Of a stretch of DNA of 64,000 bases, positions 38,629-49,044 are shown piece by piece. The translations under genes were made by a program, and so were the position numbers. The notes below the pieces were generated by a model, which searched no databases, was not told the DNA's origin, and saw only the letters and a list, made by a program, of their open reading frames with translations. Each line of letters starts with the position of its first letter. Positions within the stretch are counted from its first letter, which is position 1. The stretch is from Candidatus Cloacimonadota bacterium (lineage in GTDB: Bacteria; Cloacimonadota; Cloacimonadia; JGIOTU-2). The stretch covers positions 32,001 to 96,000 of the forward strand of contig JBNGBT010000004.1 of assembly GCA_049903315.1 (NCBI GenBank), in the 5' to 3' direction.

Positions 38629-39505
38629 AGATCAAATGTGTCAGGACTGTGCCCACATTCTGCAGACTTTCTGGGCTGCATTTGTCGGGCGTATCCTCGA
38701 TAGTGTGCCAGTATGGATACTCCATATCAATAATATCTATCGCTTCGTACCCTGCTTCAAGAAAAGCATAATGATCGTCATAAATATAATATGTTTTTTT
38801 GGAAGAAAAGGAGCGGATATCGTTTTTTCTGGCAATGTCCCACACTTTTTTTACCAGTGCAGGAGATGAATTTTGTGAAAATGATTCAATCCTAATATCC
38901 AAATCAGCATCTCCGATCATGTCGACCACGATCACGAACTCGGGGTCTTTTCCCTTATAGTGCTCGACAAAATATTGTGATCCAAGGCACCACGTTTCGT
39001 TCTCTCCATAAGAGCCAGCATCTTCTGCATCAAAAAAAAGAAGGTCGATTCCGTATACAGGTGGTTCGTTTGCCTGTAATATAGTTGCAAGTTCCATGAG
39101 CACAGCAACACCGGATGCGGCATCGTTCGCACCGATAATCGGCGTGTTATGATTGGAAACATCCTCATCTTTATCAGCCCATGGGCGCGTATCCCAGTGA
39201 GCTCCGATGAAAATGCGTCGTGGTCTGTCCGGGTAATAGGATGCGAAAATATTCGTGCATTGAAATGTTTCTTCATGAATTTCAATGGGAAATTCCTGAG
39301 TGCTTACTTTTGCACCGTAAGAGTTCAGGAAGTCTATAAAGTAATCTTTGCATTGAGTGTGACCTTCAGAGCCCGGATTCCTTGGCCCGAAATCGCACTG
39401 TGCTTCGAGGTAATCGAATGCTTTCTCTCCGCTGAATTCGGGAATGGTACTCGAGCATCCAAAAAGGAGCAACGCGCATAACCATATCAAACCAATTATT
39501 TTCAT
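38621..39505 (-). CDS. M28 family peptidase / glutaminyl-cyclase-like lipoprotein
   Basis: Lipobox LLFGC; FGPRNPGS, AHWDTR, GANDAASG, FDAED, DDH and YWHT motifs. Confidence 0.88.
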   Translation of the reverse strand: MKIIGLIWLCALLLFGCSSTIPEFSGEKAFDYLEAQCDFGPRNPGSEGHTQCKDYFIDFLNSYGAKVSTQEFPIEIHEETFQCTNIFASYYPDRPRRIFIGAHWDTRPWADKDEDVSNHNTPIIGANDAASGVAVLMELATILQANEPPVYGIDLLFFDAEDAGSYGENETWCLGSQYFVEHYKGKDPEFVIVVDMIGDADLDIRIESFSQNSSPALVKKVWDIARKNDIRSFSSKKTYYIYDDHYAFLEAGYEAIDIIDMEYPYWHTIEDTPDKCSPESLQNVGTVLTHLIYE

Positions 39506-39571
39506 AATATATTTTTGTAATATTTTCCTATGAATTCAACGAGAAATGAAACAGATTCGTTGTCAATTTTT

Positions 39572-40405
39572 CTATTGGTGAAAATCCCTCGAATAGATAA
39601 TCTGAGTGAAATCTTCAGGAAGATCAGCCTGGGTCACATTTCTCGGATAAATCCGCAGGGGATTAATATCGATGCCTCCGCGACGAGTGTATTTGCAGAT
39701 CAGAGCTAGTTTTTGGGGTGCTAAAATATTTACCAGATCAAAGAGGATTCTCTCGCAGCACTCCTCGTGATATTCATTATGTAGTCTGTAGGAGATAATA
39801 TATTTGAGTAAGGATTCCGGCTGTATCGTTCTTTTGTCAGCGCTAAAATACAAATATAAAGAACCCCAGTCCGGCTGGTTTGTGAGTGGACAATTCGATC
39901 TTAGAAGATGTGAACAAAAATAGTAATCCTGATGCTTTGAAATATCTGTCTGCAGCAGAGAGGTATTCGGCTTGTATTCTGAAATTTCATCAATTTCAAG
40001 TTCATCTATACAGAAGAAATTCGAGCTGTCGGTAAAAATATTTGAGAAAGATGAATGTGTTTCATAAGAGATCTGAACATTATCAGTATCAAGAATTTTC
40101 TCGATATCTGTCTTAACCAAATAGAGTACCTCTTCAAATGTAGAGAACCTTACCATTGCATAGGAATTAAGGTACAGTTTTAATGATTTGCTCTCCACGA
40201 TATTTGGAGAATCAGAATCATATTCAATGGTAAGAATGCCTGCTGTCGGTTTCCCAATATTTTGAAGGAATGAGAATTCATAGGCATTCCAGATATCGAT
40301 CCCATGAAAAGGCACCGGCTCTGTCCAGCCGATTTTGTTTCTGCCCTTTGAGCGGGGTATCGGTTTGAGAATTTCCGCATTGTGATTTAAAAATACTTTG
40401 TCCAT
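39572..40405 (-). CDS. queF: NADPH-dependent 7-cyano-7-deazaguanine reductase, bimodular (type II)
   Basis: DIWNAYE, VESKSLKLYLNS, LLRSNCPLTNQPDWGS, YHEECCE and YTRRGGIDINP motifs. Confidence 0.93.
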   Translation of the reverse strand: MDKVFLNHNAEILKPIPRSKGRNKIGWTEPVPFHGIDIWNAYEFSFLQNIGKPTAGILTIEYDSDSPNIVESKSLKLYLNSYAMVRFSTFEEVLYLVKTDIEKILDTDNVQISYETHSSFSNIFTDSSNFFCIDELEIDEISEYKPNTSLLQTDISKHQDYYFCSHLLRSNCPLTNQPDWGSLYLYFSADKRTIQPESLLKYIISYRLHNEYHEECCERILFDLVNILAPQKLALICKYTRRGGIDINPLRIYPRNVTQADLPEDFTQIIYSRDFHQ

Positions 40406-40481
40406 TTTAAACCCTCATCTCAAAAAATAATAATTCTTCTGTCAGAAATTTTAACAAAATTGTAATAGAAATATTTCAGTG

Positions 40482-41549
40482 TCAAAATGCTTCTCCTGTG
40501 GAGATCGAAAAATTCCAGTCCTCTTCTCCAAATCCGATATCGATACGCAGGTTAAGCCGGTCATCCGTGAAGAATGAGTAGCGCAACCCAAAGCCGAGAT
40601 CCGATCTGGCTTGAGCGAGAGAGAAGTTCTTGATTTTGTCGGCTACTTGACCATTCTCAGCAAAAACAACAAATCCCAGTTTATTGAGAAATCCACTTTC
40701 CCATGGAAAAACACGGTACTCGGCTCTGAATACAGCAATTTGTTTGTCAATATTCAGGTTGGGCGTCATCCCGCGCATATGCTTATCCAGATGGGGTATG
40801 CTGTAAAAGGGAGGATTCTTGGAGGTGAGAGATACATATCCCTGAAGCGCAAAAACGTGTTTATCAGAAAAGGAAAAGTACTGCCGGAGATCAAGAGTGT
40901 ACTTATCAAAATTATAATCGCTTCCTATGAACTTATTGTAGTTTATTGCTTGAAAACTCACGAGCTGTCCTTTTGTCGGGTAGGATTCAGCATTTCTGCT
41001 ATCATAGCTGATCTGTAAGCCCATTCCTGAATTAAAACCACCTTTGCTTCCGGGAATTGTTCCTGAATATAATAAACCGCCATCCTCCTTTTTCGTAATA
41101 TCATAATAACTGAAGTCATATATAATTGATAGATCCAAATTTGCGGATATCTTTCTACTCACATCAAAGGTGCATCCGAATTCGATTGGAGTAAAATTCT
41201 CTGCTTTATCAACTTCTGCGTATCTGCCGATGCCGTAAAATATTGAGGGCCATTTTTTGAAATTAAGTGTTGAGTTGAGTGTATAAAGACCATTCTTAAA
41301 ACGAATCTCAGGTTCAAATTTAACTGCGAACTGCTTCTTAGCGCTATATTCAAGAGAGAGGTAATAACTATTTGGGGGGATGGATGTATCAAAGTGCTTT
41401 GGTCGAATTCGGGCATAAGCAATACCGCCTGCGTAAAAGCCGGTTTCAGTCTCGTAACCGAAAATAGGGTACCCGGCAATCTCTGATTCTGCGAAAAGAG
41501 TGCAGCATAAAAGTAATGTAATGAAAAGGAGAATAAGAAATCTTTTCAC
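40482..41549 (-). CDS. Omp85/TamA-like beta-barrel outer-membrane protein
   Basis: Signal peptide from GTG at 41549 (SD GGAAGG); YDSRN-x-x-x-YPTKG, MRG, GFGLRY, NLRIDIGFG and C-terminal GEAF. Confidence 0.82.
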   Translation of the reverse strand: MKRFLILLFITLLLCCTLFAESEIAGYPIFGYETETGFYAGGIAYARIRPKHFDTSIPPNSYYLSLEYSAKKQFAVKFEPEIRFKNGLYTLNSTLNFKKWPSIFYGIGRYAEVDKAENFTPIEFGCTFDVSRKISANLDLSIIYDFSYYDITKKEDGGLLYSGTIPGSKGGFNSGMGLQISYDSRNAESYPTKGQLVSFQAINYNKFIGSDYNFDKYTLDLRQYFSFSDKHVFALQGYVSLTSKNPPFYSIPHLDKHMRGMTPNLNIDKQIAVFRAEYRVFPWESGFLNKLGFVVFAENGQVADKIKNFSLAQARSDLGFGLRYSFFTDDRLNLRIDIGFGEEDWNFSISTGEAF

Positions 41550-41625
41550 TAATCCTTCCCGGGATTTTAGAGAATTTGAAGATGAACGACAAGCACCAGC
41601 ATACATCCTCATCATTATAATCTAA

Positions 41626-43557
41626 CTAATCAATTGTACTGATCGTTTTATTTTGAATTTCTTGAGTAACTGTGGAAACGAAATCTTTGAGATCCATCGC
41701 TCCAAGATCGCCAGTGAGATGCTTTCTTACTGAGATATTCTGATGTTCAACTTCTTTATTACCAACAATGATCATGTACGGGATTTTCTGCTTTTCTGCT
41801 TCACGGATCTTGTAACCGATTTTTTCGTTCTGTATATCGATTTCAGCACGGATATCAGCATTTCTCAACGCTTGCAAAATACCTTTTGCATATTCAGTTT
41901 GATGCTCACTGATGGGTATGACCTGAACCTGTACCGGAGCTAACCACACTGGGAAGTTGCCCATATATTGCTCGATAAGAACACCATAGAAACGCTCAAG
42001 AGAACCAAGCAGTGCGCGGTGTATCATATAGGGACGGTGAGCTTCATTATCCTCGCCTATATAAGTCATATCGAAGCGCTCGGGAAGATTGAAGTCGAAC
42101 TGAATGGTTGTACACTGCCATGAACGGTCAAGTGCATCTTTGATCTTGATGTCTATTTTAGGTCCGTAGAATACACCTTCTCCGGGATCGACTTTATAGT
42201 CCAGTCCGGAAATTTCGAGAGCTTCCTTTAAGGATTCTGTTGCTCTTTCCCAGTCAATGTTTTCTCCGACATATTTATCCGGTTTAGTGGAGAGGAAAAT
42301 ATCATACCTGTCGAAACCGAAGGATTTAAGGAAGAAAAGTGAGAAATCAAGCAGTTTTACTACTTCGCTCACAAGCTGATCCGGAGTACACATAATATGC
42401 GCATCATCCTGAGTGAAACCGCGAACTCTCATCAAGCCATGCAGAGCACCGGATCGTTCATAACGGTACACAGTACCGAGTTCTGCGGATTTGTAGGGTA
42501 ACTCACGGTAACTGCGCAACTTGGATTTATATACCATAATATGAAAAGGACAGTTCATCGGTTTGATATAATAATCGATCTCATCGATCTTCATTGGTGC
42601 ATACATACTGTCCTTATAAAAATCAAGGTGTCCGCTGGTCTCCCATAGGATGGATTTTCCAATGTGGGGAGTGTAGATTATCTGGTAACCGGCTTTGTAA
42701 TGTTCCTTTTTCCAGAAATCTTCAATCACATCCCGCATGACACCACCCTTTGGATGCCAATGCACCAGTCCAGCACCGACATCTTCATAAAAGCCGAACA
42801 GATCGAGTTCTTTTCCGATCTTTCGATGGTCTCTTTTCTCTGCTTCTTCCAGTTTTTGAAGGTAGTCATCAAGCTCTTTCTGGGTAGGGAAGGAGATGCC
42901 GTATATGCGCTGCAGCATCTTGTTCTTTTCATCTCCACGCCAATAAGCACCGGAGAATTTAAGAAGTTTAAAATATTTCACTTTATTTGTGGACTGCAAA
43001 TGCGGTCCACGGCAGAGGTCAACAAAATCACCAAGCACGTAAATTGTGATGGTTTCATCTTCTGGCAGTTCTTTGATGAGTTCTATTTTGTAGTCCTCAC
43101 CAAGACTCTTGAAGAGTTCAAGAGCTTCTTTGCGGCTTACGACTTTTCTTTCAAAAAAGAAATTTTCGTCAACGATGCGCTGCATTTCTTCCTCAATTAA
43201 ATGCAAGTCCTCTTCTGTGAAGGGAGTTTCTTTATCAAAATCATAGTAAAAGCCCTGCTCGATAGATGGCCCTATCGCAACTTTCACGTCCGGGAAAAGC
43301 CGTTTCACTGCCTGTGCCATAATATGCGAACTACTGTGCCAGTATACATCTTTTCCTTTTTCATCGGAGAATTTATAGAAGAGAATGGACCCGTCTTCTT
43401 CGAGAGGCCTGGTCATATCTACCGCAGCATCATTGAATTGCGCACAGAGCACTTCTTTTGCCAATCCTTTGCTTATTCCTTGAGTGATCTCAAGGGGAGT
43501 AATGCCTTTTGGAAATTCTTTTTGGGAACCGTCCGGGAATAAAATTTTTATATTCAT
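41626..43557 (-). CDS. thrS: Threonyl-tRNA synthetase
   Basis: TGS domain, HSSSH, DLCRGPH, RDHRKIG, KPMNCP, LMRVRGFTQDDAH, FYGPKID and MIHRA motifs. Confidence 0.98.
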   Translation of the reverse strand: MNIKILFPDGSQKEFPKGITPLEITQGISKGLAKEVLCAQFNDAAVDMTRPLEEDGSILFYKFSDEKGKDVYWHSSSHIMAQAVKRLFPDVKVAIGPSIEQGFYYDFDKETPFTEEDLHLIEEEMQRIVDENFFFERKVVSRKEALELFKSLGEDYKIELIKELPEDETITIYVLGDFVDLCRGPHLQSTNKVKYFKLLKFSGAYWRGDEKNKMLQRIYGISFPTQKELDDYLQKLEEAEKRDHRKIGKELDLFGFYEDVGAGLVHWHPKGGVMRDVIEDFWKKEHYKAGYQIIYTPHIGKSILWETSGHLDFYKDSMYAPMKIDEIDYYIKPMNCPFHIMVYKSKLRSYRELPYKSAELGTVYRYERSGALHGLMRVRGFTQDDAHIMCTPDQLVSEVVKLLDFSLFFLKSFGFDRYDIFLSTKPDKYVGENIDWERATESLKEALEISGLDYKVDPGEGVFYGPKIDIKIKDALDRSWQCTTIQFDFNLPERFDMTYIGEDNEAHRPYMIHRALLGSLERFYGVLIEQYMGNFPVWLAPVQVQVIPISEHQTEYAKGILQALRNADIRAEIDIQNEKIGYKIREAEKQKIPYMIIVGNKEVEHQNISVRKHLTGDLGAMDLKDFVSTVTQEIQNKTISTID

Positions 43558-43651
43558 GAGAAATCCTTATATATAATTATATTTTGAACTTGTAAAATGT
43601 CCAATCGCTTAAAATGCAGTCAAGAAAATCAGACCGCAAGAGCTGTTATTA

Positions 43652-44602
43652 CTATTCCGTGTAATACTCCCGATTGGTCAGATAATGATAATCCGTCCAT
43701 GTTGATTTTTCATCAGAAGCTTTGTCGATTAAATCTGCTGCACCTGTGACCTGGGCATCGAGATTGTCTGCATGATGGAGGATGAGTGCTTCTTTTGTTT
43801 TGGGAGGAACTGCTGCTCCAAATTCTCTTTCTCCATGATGACTAAGAAGAAGGTGTTCGATCTTCATGAGGAGGTCCTTAGGAAAATTATTGATCTCTTC
43901 GCATGTATCAACGACTATTTTATTACCGATAACAACGTGTCCCACCAGGCGTCCCTCATCAGTGAACTCGATAAATGGTGCGAGAGTATATTCCTTTATT
44001 TTACCAATATCGTGCAAGAGAGCACAAGCCACAAGAAGGTCTCTATCGATTCCCTGATACATCGTGCTAACCGCATCACAGATGGAAGTAACAGTTACAG
44101 AATGATGAAGAAGTCCTCCAACGACATTATGGTGCCAGTTCTTTGCAGCGGGTGATTTTGAGAATTTTTCCAGCAATTCTTTGTCATCAAATATAAGATG
44201 GAGAAGTTGGGATAAATACTCATTCTTAATCGAATCGATGAAACCAAAAAGTTTTTCTAAAAGTTTATCGGTATCTTTTGTGGTTGTCGGGGCAAAATCA
44301 GAAATTTGATATTCGTTTTCTTCTGCTTTACGTATGTTGCTTATGGAGAGCTGCATATTGTTTTCAAAAGTCGTGACAAGCGCTTTCAGTTTCACAATAT
44401 CTCCCACGCTGAATGAATCTTGCAGTTTTGGCACATTATCCCAGATAAATCCTGTCACCTGTCCAGTTCTGTCCACGCACAACAAACGTATGAAGAATTT
44501 TCCATTTCTGCTTTTTCTCACAGATTTTTCGCTGATCGCAAAAAAATCAGTTATTTCACTGCCCTCTAAAGGGCTTAGATCCTGTACAAATATTTCTTTC
44601 AT
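43652..44602 (-). CDS. yhaM: 3'-5' exoribonuclease YhaM family (OB-fold plus HD domain)
   Basis: N-terminal OB-fold; PAAKNWHH, GGLLHHS, LLHDIGK, GH, SHHG and ADNLDA motifs. Confidence 0.85.
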   Translation of the reverse strand: MKEIFVQDLSPLEGSEITDFFAISEKSVRKSRNGKFFIRLLCVDRTGQVTGFIWDNVPKLQDSFSVGDIVKLKALVTTFENNMQLSISNIRKAEENEYQISDFAPTTTKDTDKLLEKLFGFIDSIKNEYLSQLLHLIFDDKELLEKFSKSPAAKNWHHNVVGGLLHHSVTVTSICDAVSTMYQGIDRDLLVACALLHDIGKIKEYTLAPFIEFTDEGRLVGHVVIGNKIVVDTCEEINNFPKDLLMKIEHLLLSHHGEREFGAAVPPKTKEALILHHADNLDAQVTGAADLIDKASDEKSTWTDYHYLTNREYYTE

Positions 44603-45281
44603 AAAACTCCTTCAAACAATATTTAAACATTATAAGTACAAAACCACGAAAAGGGCAAACGAATTTTTATGTCAAAGCAAAAATTTTATCACCTGTTTTG
44701 AGAGTGTGATTTTGTTTAAGATACTTTCCTATATCCTTCGTACAAAGGAAGGATTTGCTGCTGTTTTTACATTATGGATTTTCCCTTTTCCTGAATAGGA
44801 GAAGATGTAGGGATGAGGTTTGATACTACATATATCGGCTAGTAAATATCCAGACTTTGTGTCTGTAAAAGATGTCAATGAAAAACATTTATCTATCCTC
44901 AGGGCTGTTTAATCTTATGTGTTATATATGGAGCGAGCTTTGTTGAGAGATGAAGTTCGTTTATGAGTAATAGTGTGCACGTCATGTTTTCAGTGTATTG
45001 CAATAAAATCCAATAATTTTGACAAATGTATAGTATTATTTTTCAATTTTGACAAATAAAAATTTGGAAGTTGCCATGAAAATACTCTCAATGCTGGTAA
45101 ACCTTGCATCCTTTTCTCACTTATATCGAGATGTAATCAGTGTACAATGCGCAAACTAACCTTACCCCATGATTTTATTTCATTCGATACTTTAATGTAT
45201 TTGATATGAAAATCTTTTAATTTCTTTAATAAGGAAAAGCTATTCATTTAAGAAAAAGAAAAAAATCAATGGAGTTTACAA

Positions 45282-45608
45282 ATGAAACGATGGATTGTAT
45301 TGATTATAATAATGTTACCTTTCTGGCTTTTGAATGCAAAGACCGTCAATGGTGTCTATGAAACCGATTTCAATAAGATGACCCTGCACCAGGAGGGCAA
45401 TCAGGTGACTGGCACCTATGAACATGATAACGGCAGAATTGAGGGGACTTTGACGGGTCGAATTCTTCGAGGTTGGTGGTATCAGACCCAAAGCGAAGGG
45501 CGGTTAGAGTTTGAATTTAATACCGATTTTACAGAATTTACAGGTAAATGGGGTTATAATGAAGATGAACCAAGCTCTGAATGGAATGGGAAAAAGATCA
45601 ATCCCTAA
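45282..45608 (+). CDS. Small secreted beta-rich hypothetical protein
   Basis: Signal peptide MKRWIVLIIIMLPFWLLNA; repeated G-x-Y/W strands; SD GGAG. Confidence 0.75.
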   Translation: MKRWIVLIIIMLPFWLLNAKTVNGVYETDFNKMTLHQEGNQVTGTYEHDNGRIEGTLTGRILRGWWYQTQSEGRLEFEFNTDFTEFTGKWGYNEDEPSSEWNGKKINP

Positions 45609-45708
45609 GCCCTGCAAGTACTATATTCTTGAGAATTCGTTAACATGAAGGTGTTTTAGTTTCTGTATCCCGGAAACGTGTATCTGAAAAAGATCTAAAT
45701 CAAATATT

Positions 45709-46776
45709 TTATGTCACATACATGGGATTCGAGAAAAGCCATCCTTTTAGCCCAATAAATACCTCAATACGATAAAAACCCTTCTCTTTGATTGGATAGG
45801 ATATCTTATTTCGATATTCAGTGTGTTTGGTTTTTCCATTATGTATGATCTTCACATGACAGTCCTGCTGGAGATAGACAAATAAACATAGATCTTTTTC
45901 GTTTATTGAAATCTCTTCGCCGGGCAAAGCAAATTTCTCTGATGCTTTCGATTCTATCCCACAGTAAAAAATGTAGGGATCTGCATGGGTATAATTAACA
46001 ATGTACGAATTACCTTTTTTCAAACATGTAAGTATATCTTGAGCTGCATTAACAGAAGAGAGAGGTTTCCTTGTCTGGATATTCGTCCTTATTGTCCCGA
46101 ATAATTTTCGGTGTGGAAGAAAGCTTATGGAAAGCGGACCAGCAGAGTACTTGTTTTCATGAGAATCAACACTGCCGATACCAGCTATTTTCATCCCCTT
46201 ATTATTCAGCTCATCCCATTTTTTCAGAACCTGTTTCTTGGGCTTAATGATCGAACTGTTAGGGAAAAGTATTTTTGGTATCACGTTCAGTGGAATTCGT
46301 AATTTGTCCGTCCATTCAGAGATATAATTCCAAATCTCGATCCCGTCAAATTCCTCAACATTCCATGATGTCCAATTATAGGTGCGCAAAGTTCTTTTTG
46401 ATCGTCTTTTCTCATAAGGATGAGCAATAAATCCGGTACCGCCGGCTTTCCTGGTTTGTTTCACGTATTCTTCAGCTTTCATAGATAAAGGGAAAACCTC
46501 GTCAACATTGAAAATAAGATAATGATTATTTTTCTTGGCATCATTCATCTCATAGCCGATAAGAAGTTTTACATCTGTTTGCCTGAGTGCGGGAATTTTT
46601 TTTTTTATGTCAAGAGATCGGTGGTCTGTAATGCACACAAAATCCACGTTAAGTTTTTCTGCGATATCAACGATCTCTTCGAGACTTCCATGTCCATCAA
46701 AGGAATGTTCCGTATGAACATGAATAACGCCGGAGTATTCAAATATCTCTTTTCCGAAAACTGATTTTTTGATCAT
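45709..46776 (-). CDS. PHP-domain metallohydrolase (CehA/McbA-like)
   Basis: IHVHTEHSFDG, ITDH, IAHP, GIEIWN and GSVDSH motifs. Confidence 0.83.
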   Translation of the reverse strand: MIKKSVFGKEIFEYSGVIHVHTEHSFDGHGSLEEIVDIAEKLNVDFVCITDHRSLDIKKKIPALRQTDVKLLIGYEMNDAKKNNHYLIFNVDEVFPLSMKAEEYVKQTRKAGGTGFIAHPYEKRRSKRTLRTYNWTSWNVEEFDGIEIWNYISEWTDKLRIPLNVIPKILFPNSSIIKPKKQVLKKWDELNNKGMKIAGIGSVDSHENKYSAGPLSISFLPHRKLFGTIRTNIQTRKPLSSVNAAQDILTCLKKGNSYIVNYTHADPYIFYCGIESKASEKFALPGEEISINEKDLCLFVYLQQDCHVKIIHNGKTKHTEYRNKISYPIKEKGFYRIEVFIGLKGWLFSNPMYVT

Positions 46777-46923
46777 ATAAAATCCTGAAGGAAACCCATT
46801 CGAGTGAATGATGTTGTCAATAATTATATGTCATATTATATATATATAAATATTTGTTCCTAAAAAAATTGACTTATTTTTTCCCCAAAATAAATTTTCT
46901 GGCATCAATTTTTGGAGGTTGCC

Positions 46924-48903
46924 ATGAAGAAGATAATATTTCTGGTGATCGTTACGATTTTTTTATTTTTTACTGCATGTGACAATATAACAGATACTCC
47001 CAATCAGAATGACCAGATAGATGTTAATACTATTGAGGTACCTGAAGAATTTAATTATGAAACCTGCATTGATATCAATGTGAATCTACTTGTTACATCC
47101 CCAGACGAAGAACCTGTTCAGGGTATTGATTTTAAGATCTATGATGCACATCCTGATGCAGGTGGACGTTTAATAGCAAAAGGTATGACACAGGATGATG
47201 GGAGATATGAAACACGTCTTATCGTTCCTGAAGGATGTACTGAGCTTGCAGTTGTGATTCCAACAGATACTCGAATGATCCCAATCGTTAATGGTGAACT
47301 CAGCTTTCAGTATGGGGATTATACAAAACTCGAATCTCCATTCCTCGATCCTAAAGGTTACAATCCCCAGACAAAATTAACTAATTATTGTTTGAGTTTT
47401 GATGGTTTTAATGATCTTGTCAATCTTGGGGATATCTCGGCATTAAATAATACTTCTGCATTTACTATAGAAGGATGGGCAAACCAAGCCAGTAATACAG
47501 ATAGTGAATTACTTATGTTCAAATGGATAGATGTGGATAACGACATCGAGCTCTCTACCAGTGCTGGTGTAATGTTTATTCAGGTTGGTAATGGCTCTAA
47601 CTCATATGGAAGTTGGGCAAACTATTCTACCACTATTGCATCTGGAACCTGGTTTCACTGGGCAGTTGTTTTTGACGGTAGTGGTGGGACGAATGCAGAT
47701 AGACTAAAACTGTACATTAATGGTAACACAACGCCTATAACATTATCTTTTACAGGTACAATTCCAGCGACGACTGCCAATCTTTCCGGGCACGATGCCA
47801 TTATATCTGGAACTACTTCGTCGTTTGGTGGGTATATGGATGAAGTACGTATCTGGTCAACCGCAAGGACTGGAGCGCAGATTGGAACTTATTATAATAG
47901 GCTGAGCGACCCTTCATCTGCGAATCTTGCTGCTTACTGGAGAATGGATGAAGGATCGGGCACGACGCTATATGACGAGACTTCCAATGATTATGATGCG
48001 ACTATAAATGGCTGTTCGTGGGCACTTTATGTCAACGGCTGGGATAGTGATTGTGATGGAGTGACTGATCTGAATGATGATTATCCAATGGATGATGAAA
48101 GAGCATACGATAACTACTTCCCTGCACAGAATACATTCTATACACTTGCTTTTGAGGACAAATGGCCTCGGAAAAATGATTATGATTTCAACGATATTCT
48201 AGTGCATTGGAACTATACTCAGGTAACCAATGCAAGCAATGAACTGGTTGATATTCACGGATCCTTTAAACTAATGGCTGTAGGTGCGGGTTATCATGAT
48301 GGTTTTGGAGTTCAGTTCCCCTTTGTTACAGGAAATTACTATGCGTTCAATAATCACGGAGATGCGCACCAGTATGTTGATAACGGCACCACCAATGCAG
48401 TGGTCATTCTTTTTCAGGATGCATTCAACCTAATGCAGGAAGCACCAGGGGATCCATCAACATGGATCAATACTGTTGAAAGTGAATCGTACATAACGCC
48501 AGCAGAATTCGAATTTACATATACACTTGGCACACCGATCGCAACAGCAAGTCTGACACGAACACCTCCTTATAATCCATTCATTTATGTAAATGATGAC
48601 CGGCTTCTGGAAATCCATCTTCCTGACTATGAACCAACTTCAAAGATGGCTGCTACTCCTCACTGGGGAACATACGATGATGACTCCAATCCTGGAACAG
48701 ACCGTTACTTTAAGACGTCAAACAACTTGCCGTGGGTTATTAATGTAGCTGATGAATGGGAATACCCAATTGAGAAAAGTCAGATCACCTGGGCATACTT
48801 GTATTTTGCAGACTGGGCAGAAAGCGGAGGTGCCTTGCATACTGATTGGTACGATAGCTCTATTCCTGCAAACATTGATGCGAATCATATCTATTCACCG
48901 TAA
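46924..48903 (+). CDS. LruC-domain (DUF4842-like) lipoprotein with internal LamG-like domain
   Basis: Lipobox FTAC; LamG-like segment (SFDG-x-ND, FTIEGW, WFHWAVV, LYING, MDEVRIW); AFEDKWP...DYDFND, EIHLPD and LPW motifs; SD GGAGG. Confidence 0.85.
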   Translation: MKKIIFLVIVTIFLFFTACDNITDTPNQNDQIDVNTIEVPEEFNYETCIDINVNLLVTSPDEEPVQGIDFKIYDAHPDAGGRLIAKGMTQDDGRYETRLIVPEGCTELAVVIPTDTRMIPIVNGELSFQYGDYTKLESPFLDPKGYNPQTKLTNYCLSFDGFNDLVNLGDISALNNTSAFTIEGWANQASNTDSELLMFKWIDVDNDIELSTSAGVMFIQVGNGSNSYGSWANYSTTIASGTWFHWAVVFDGSGGTNADRLKLYINGNTTPITLSFTGTIPATTANLSGHDAIISGTTSSFGGYMDEVRIWSTARTGAQIGTYYNRLSDPSSANLAAYWRMDEGSGTTLYDETSNDYDATINGCSWALYVNGWDSDCDGVTDLNDDYPMDDERAYDNYFPAQNTFYTLAFEDKWPRKNDYDFNDILVHWNYTQVTNASNELVDIHGSFKLMAVGAGYHDGFGVQFPFVTGNYYAFNNHGDAHQYVDNGTTNAVVILFQDAFNLMQEAPGDPSTWINTVESESYITPAEFEFTYTLGTPIATASLTRTPPYNPFIYVNDDRLLEIHLPDYEPTSKMAATPHWGTYDDDSNPGTDRYFKTSNNLPWVINVADEWEYPIEKSQITWAYLYFADWAESGGALHTDWYDSSIPANIDANHIYSP

Positions 48904-48934
48904 TAAATTAATTAATTTCTCTCTAATATGTAAT

Positions 48935-48963
48935 AAGCCAGGCACATTGTCTGGCTTTTTTTT
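48935..48963 (+). terminator. Rho-independent terminator
   Basis: AAGCCAGGCA-CAT-TGTCTGGCTT stem followed by a T-run. Confidence 0.85.
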
Positions 48964-49044
48964 ATTATAACAAACTATTTAAAACATTGACGTCAATATC
49001 GCTTGTTATTACTTTATACTTATCAAAATTCATTTGGGGGACAG

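Noticed and set aside
40406..40481. preQ1 riboswitch upstream of queF
   Set aside because: No preQ1-I stem-loop or A-rich tail pattern visible on the minus strand.
42664..43542. Long antisense ORFs opposite thrS, and similar shadow ORFs elsewhere
   Set aside because: They lie wholly opposite or inside well-supported genes and have no motifs; expected codon-bias shadows.
43558..43651. T-box or tRNA upstream of thrS
   Set aside because: The gap is only 94 bp, with no T-box consensus or cloverleaf.
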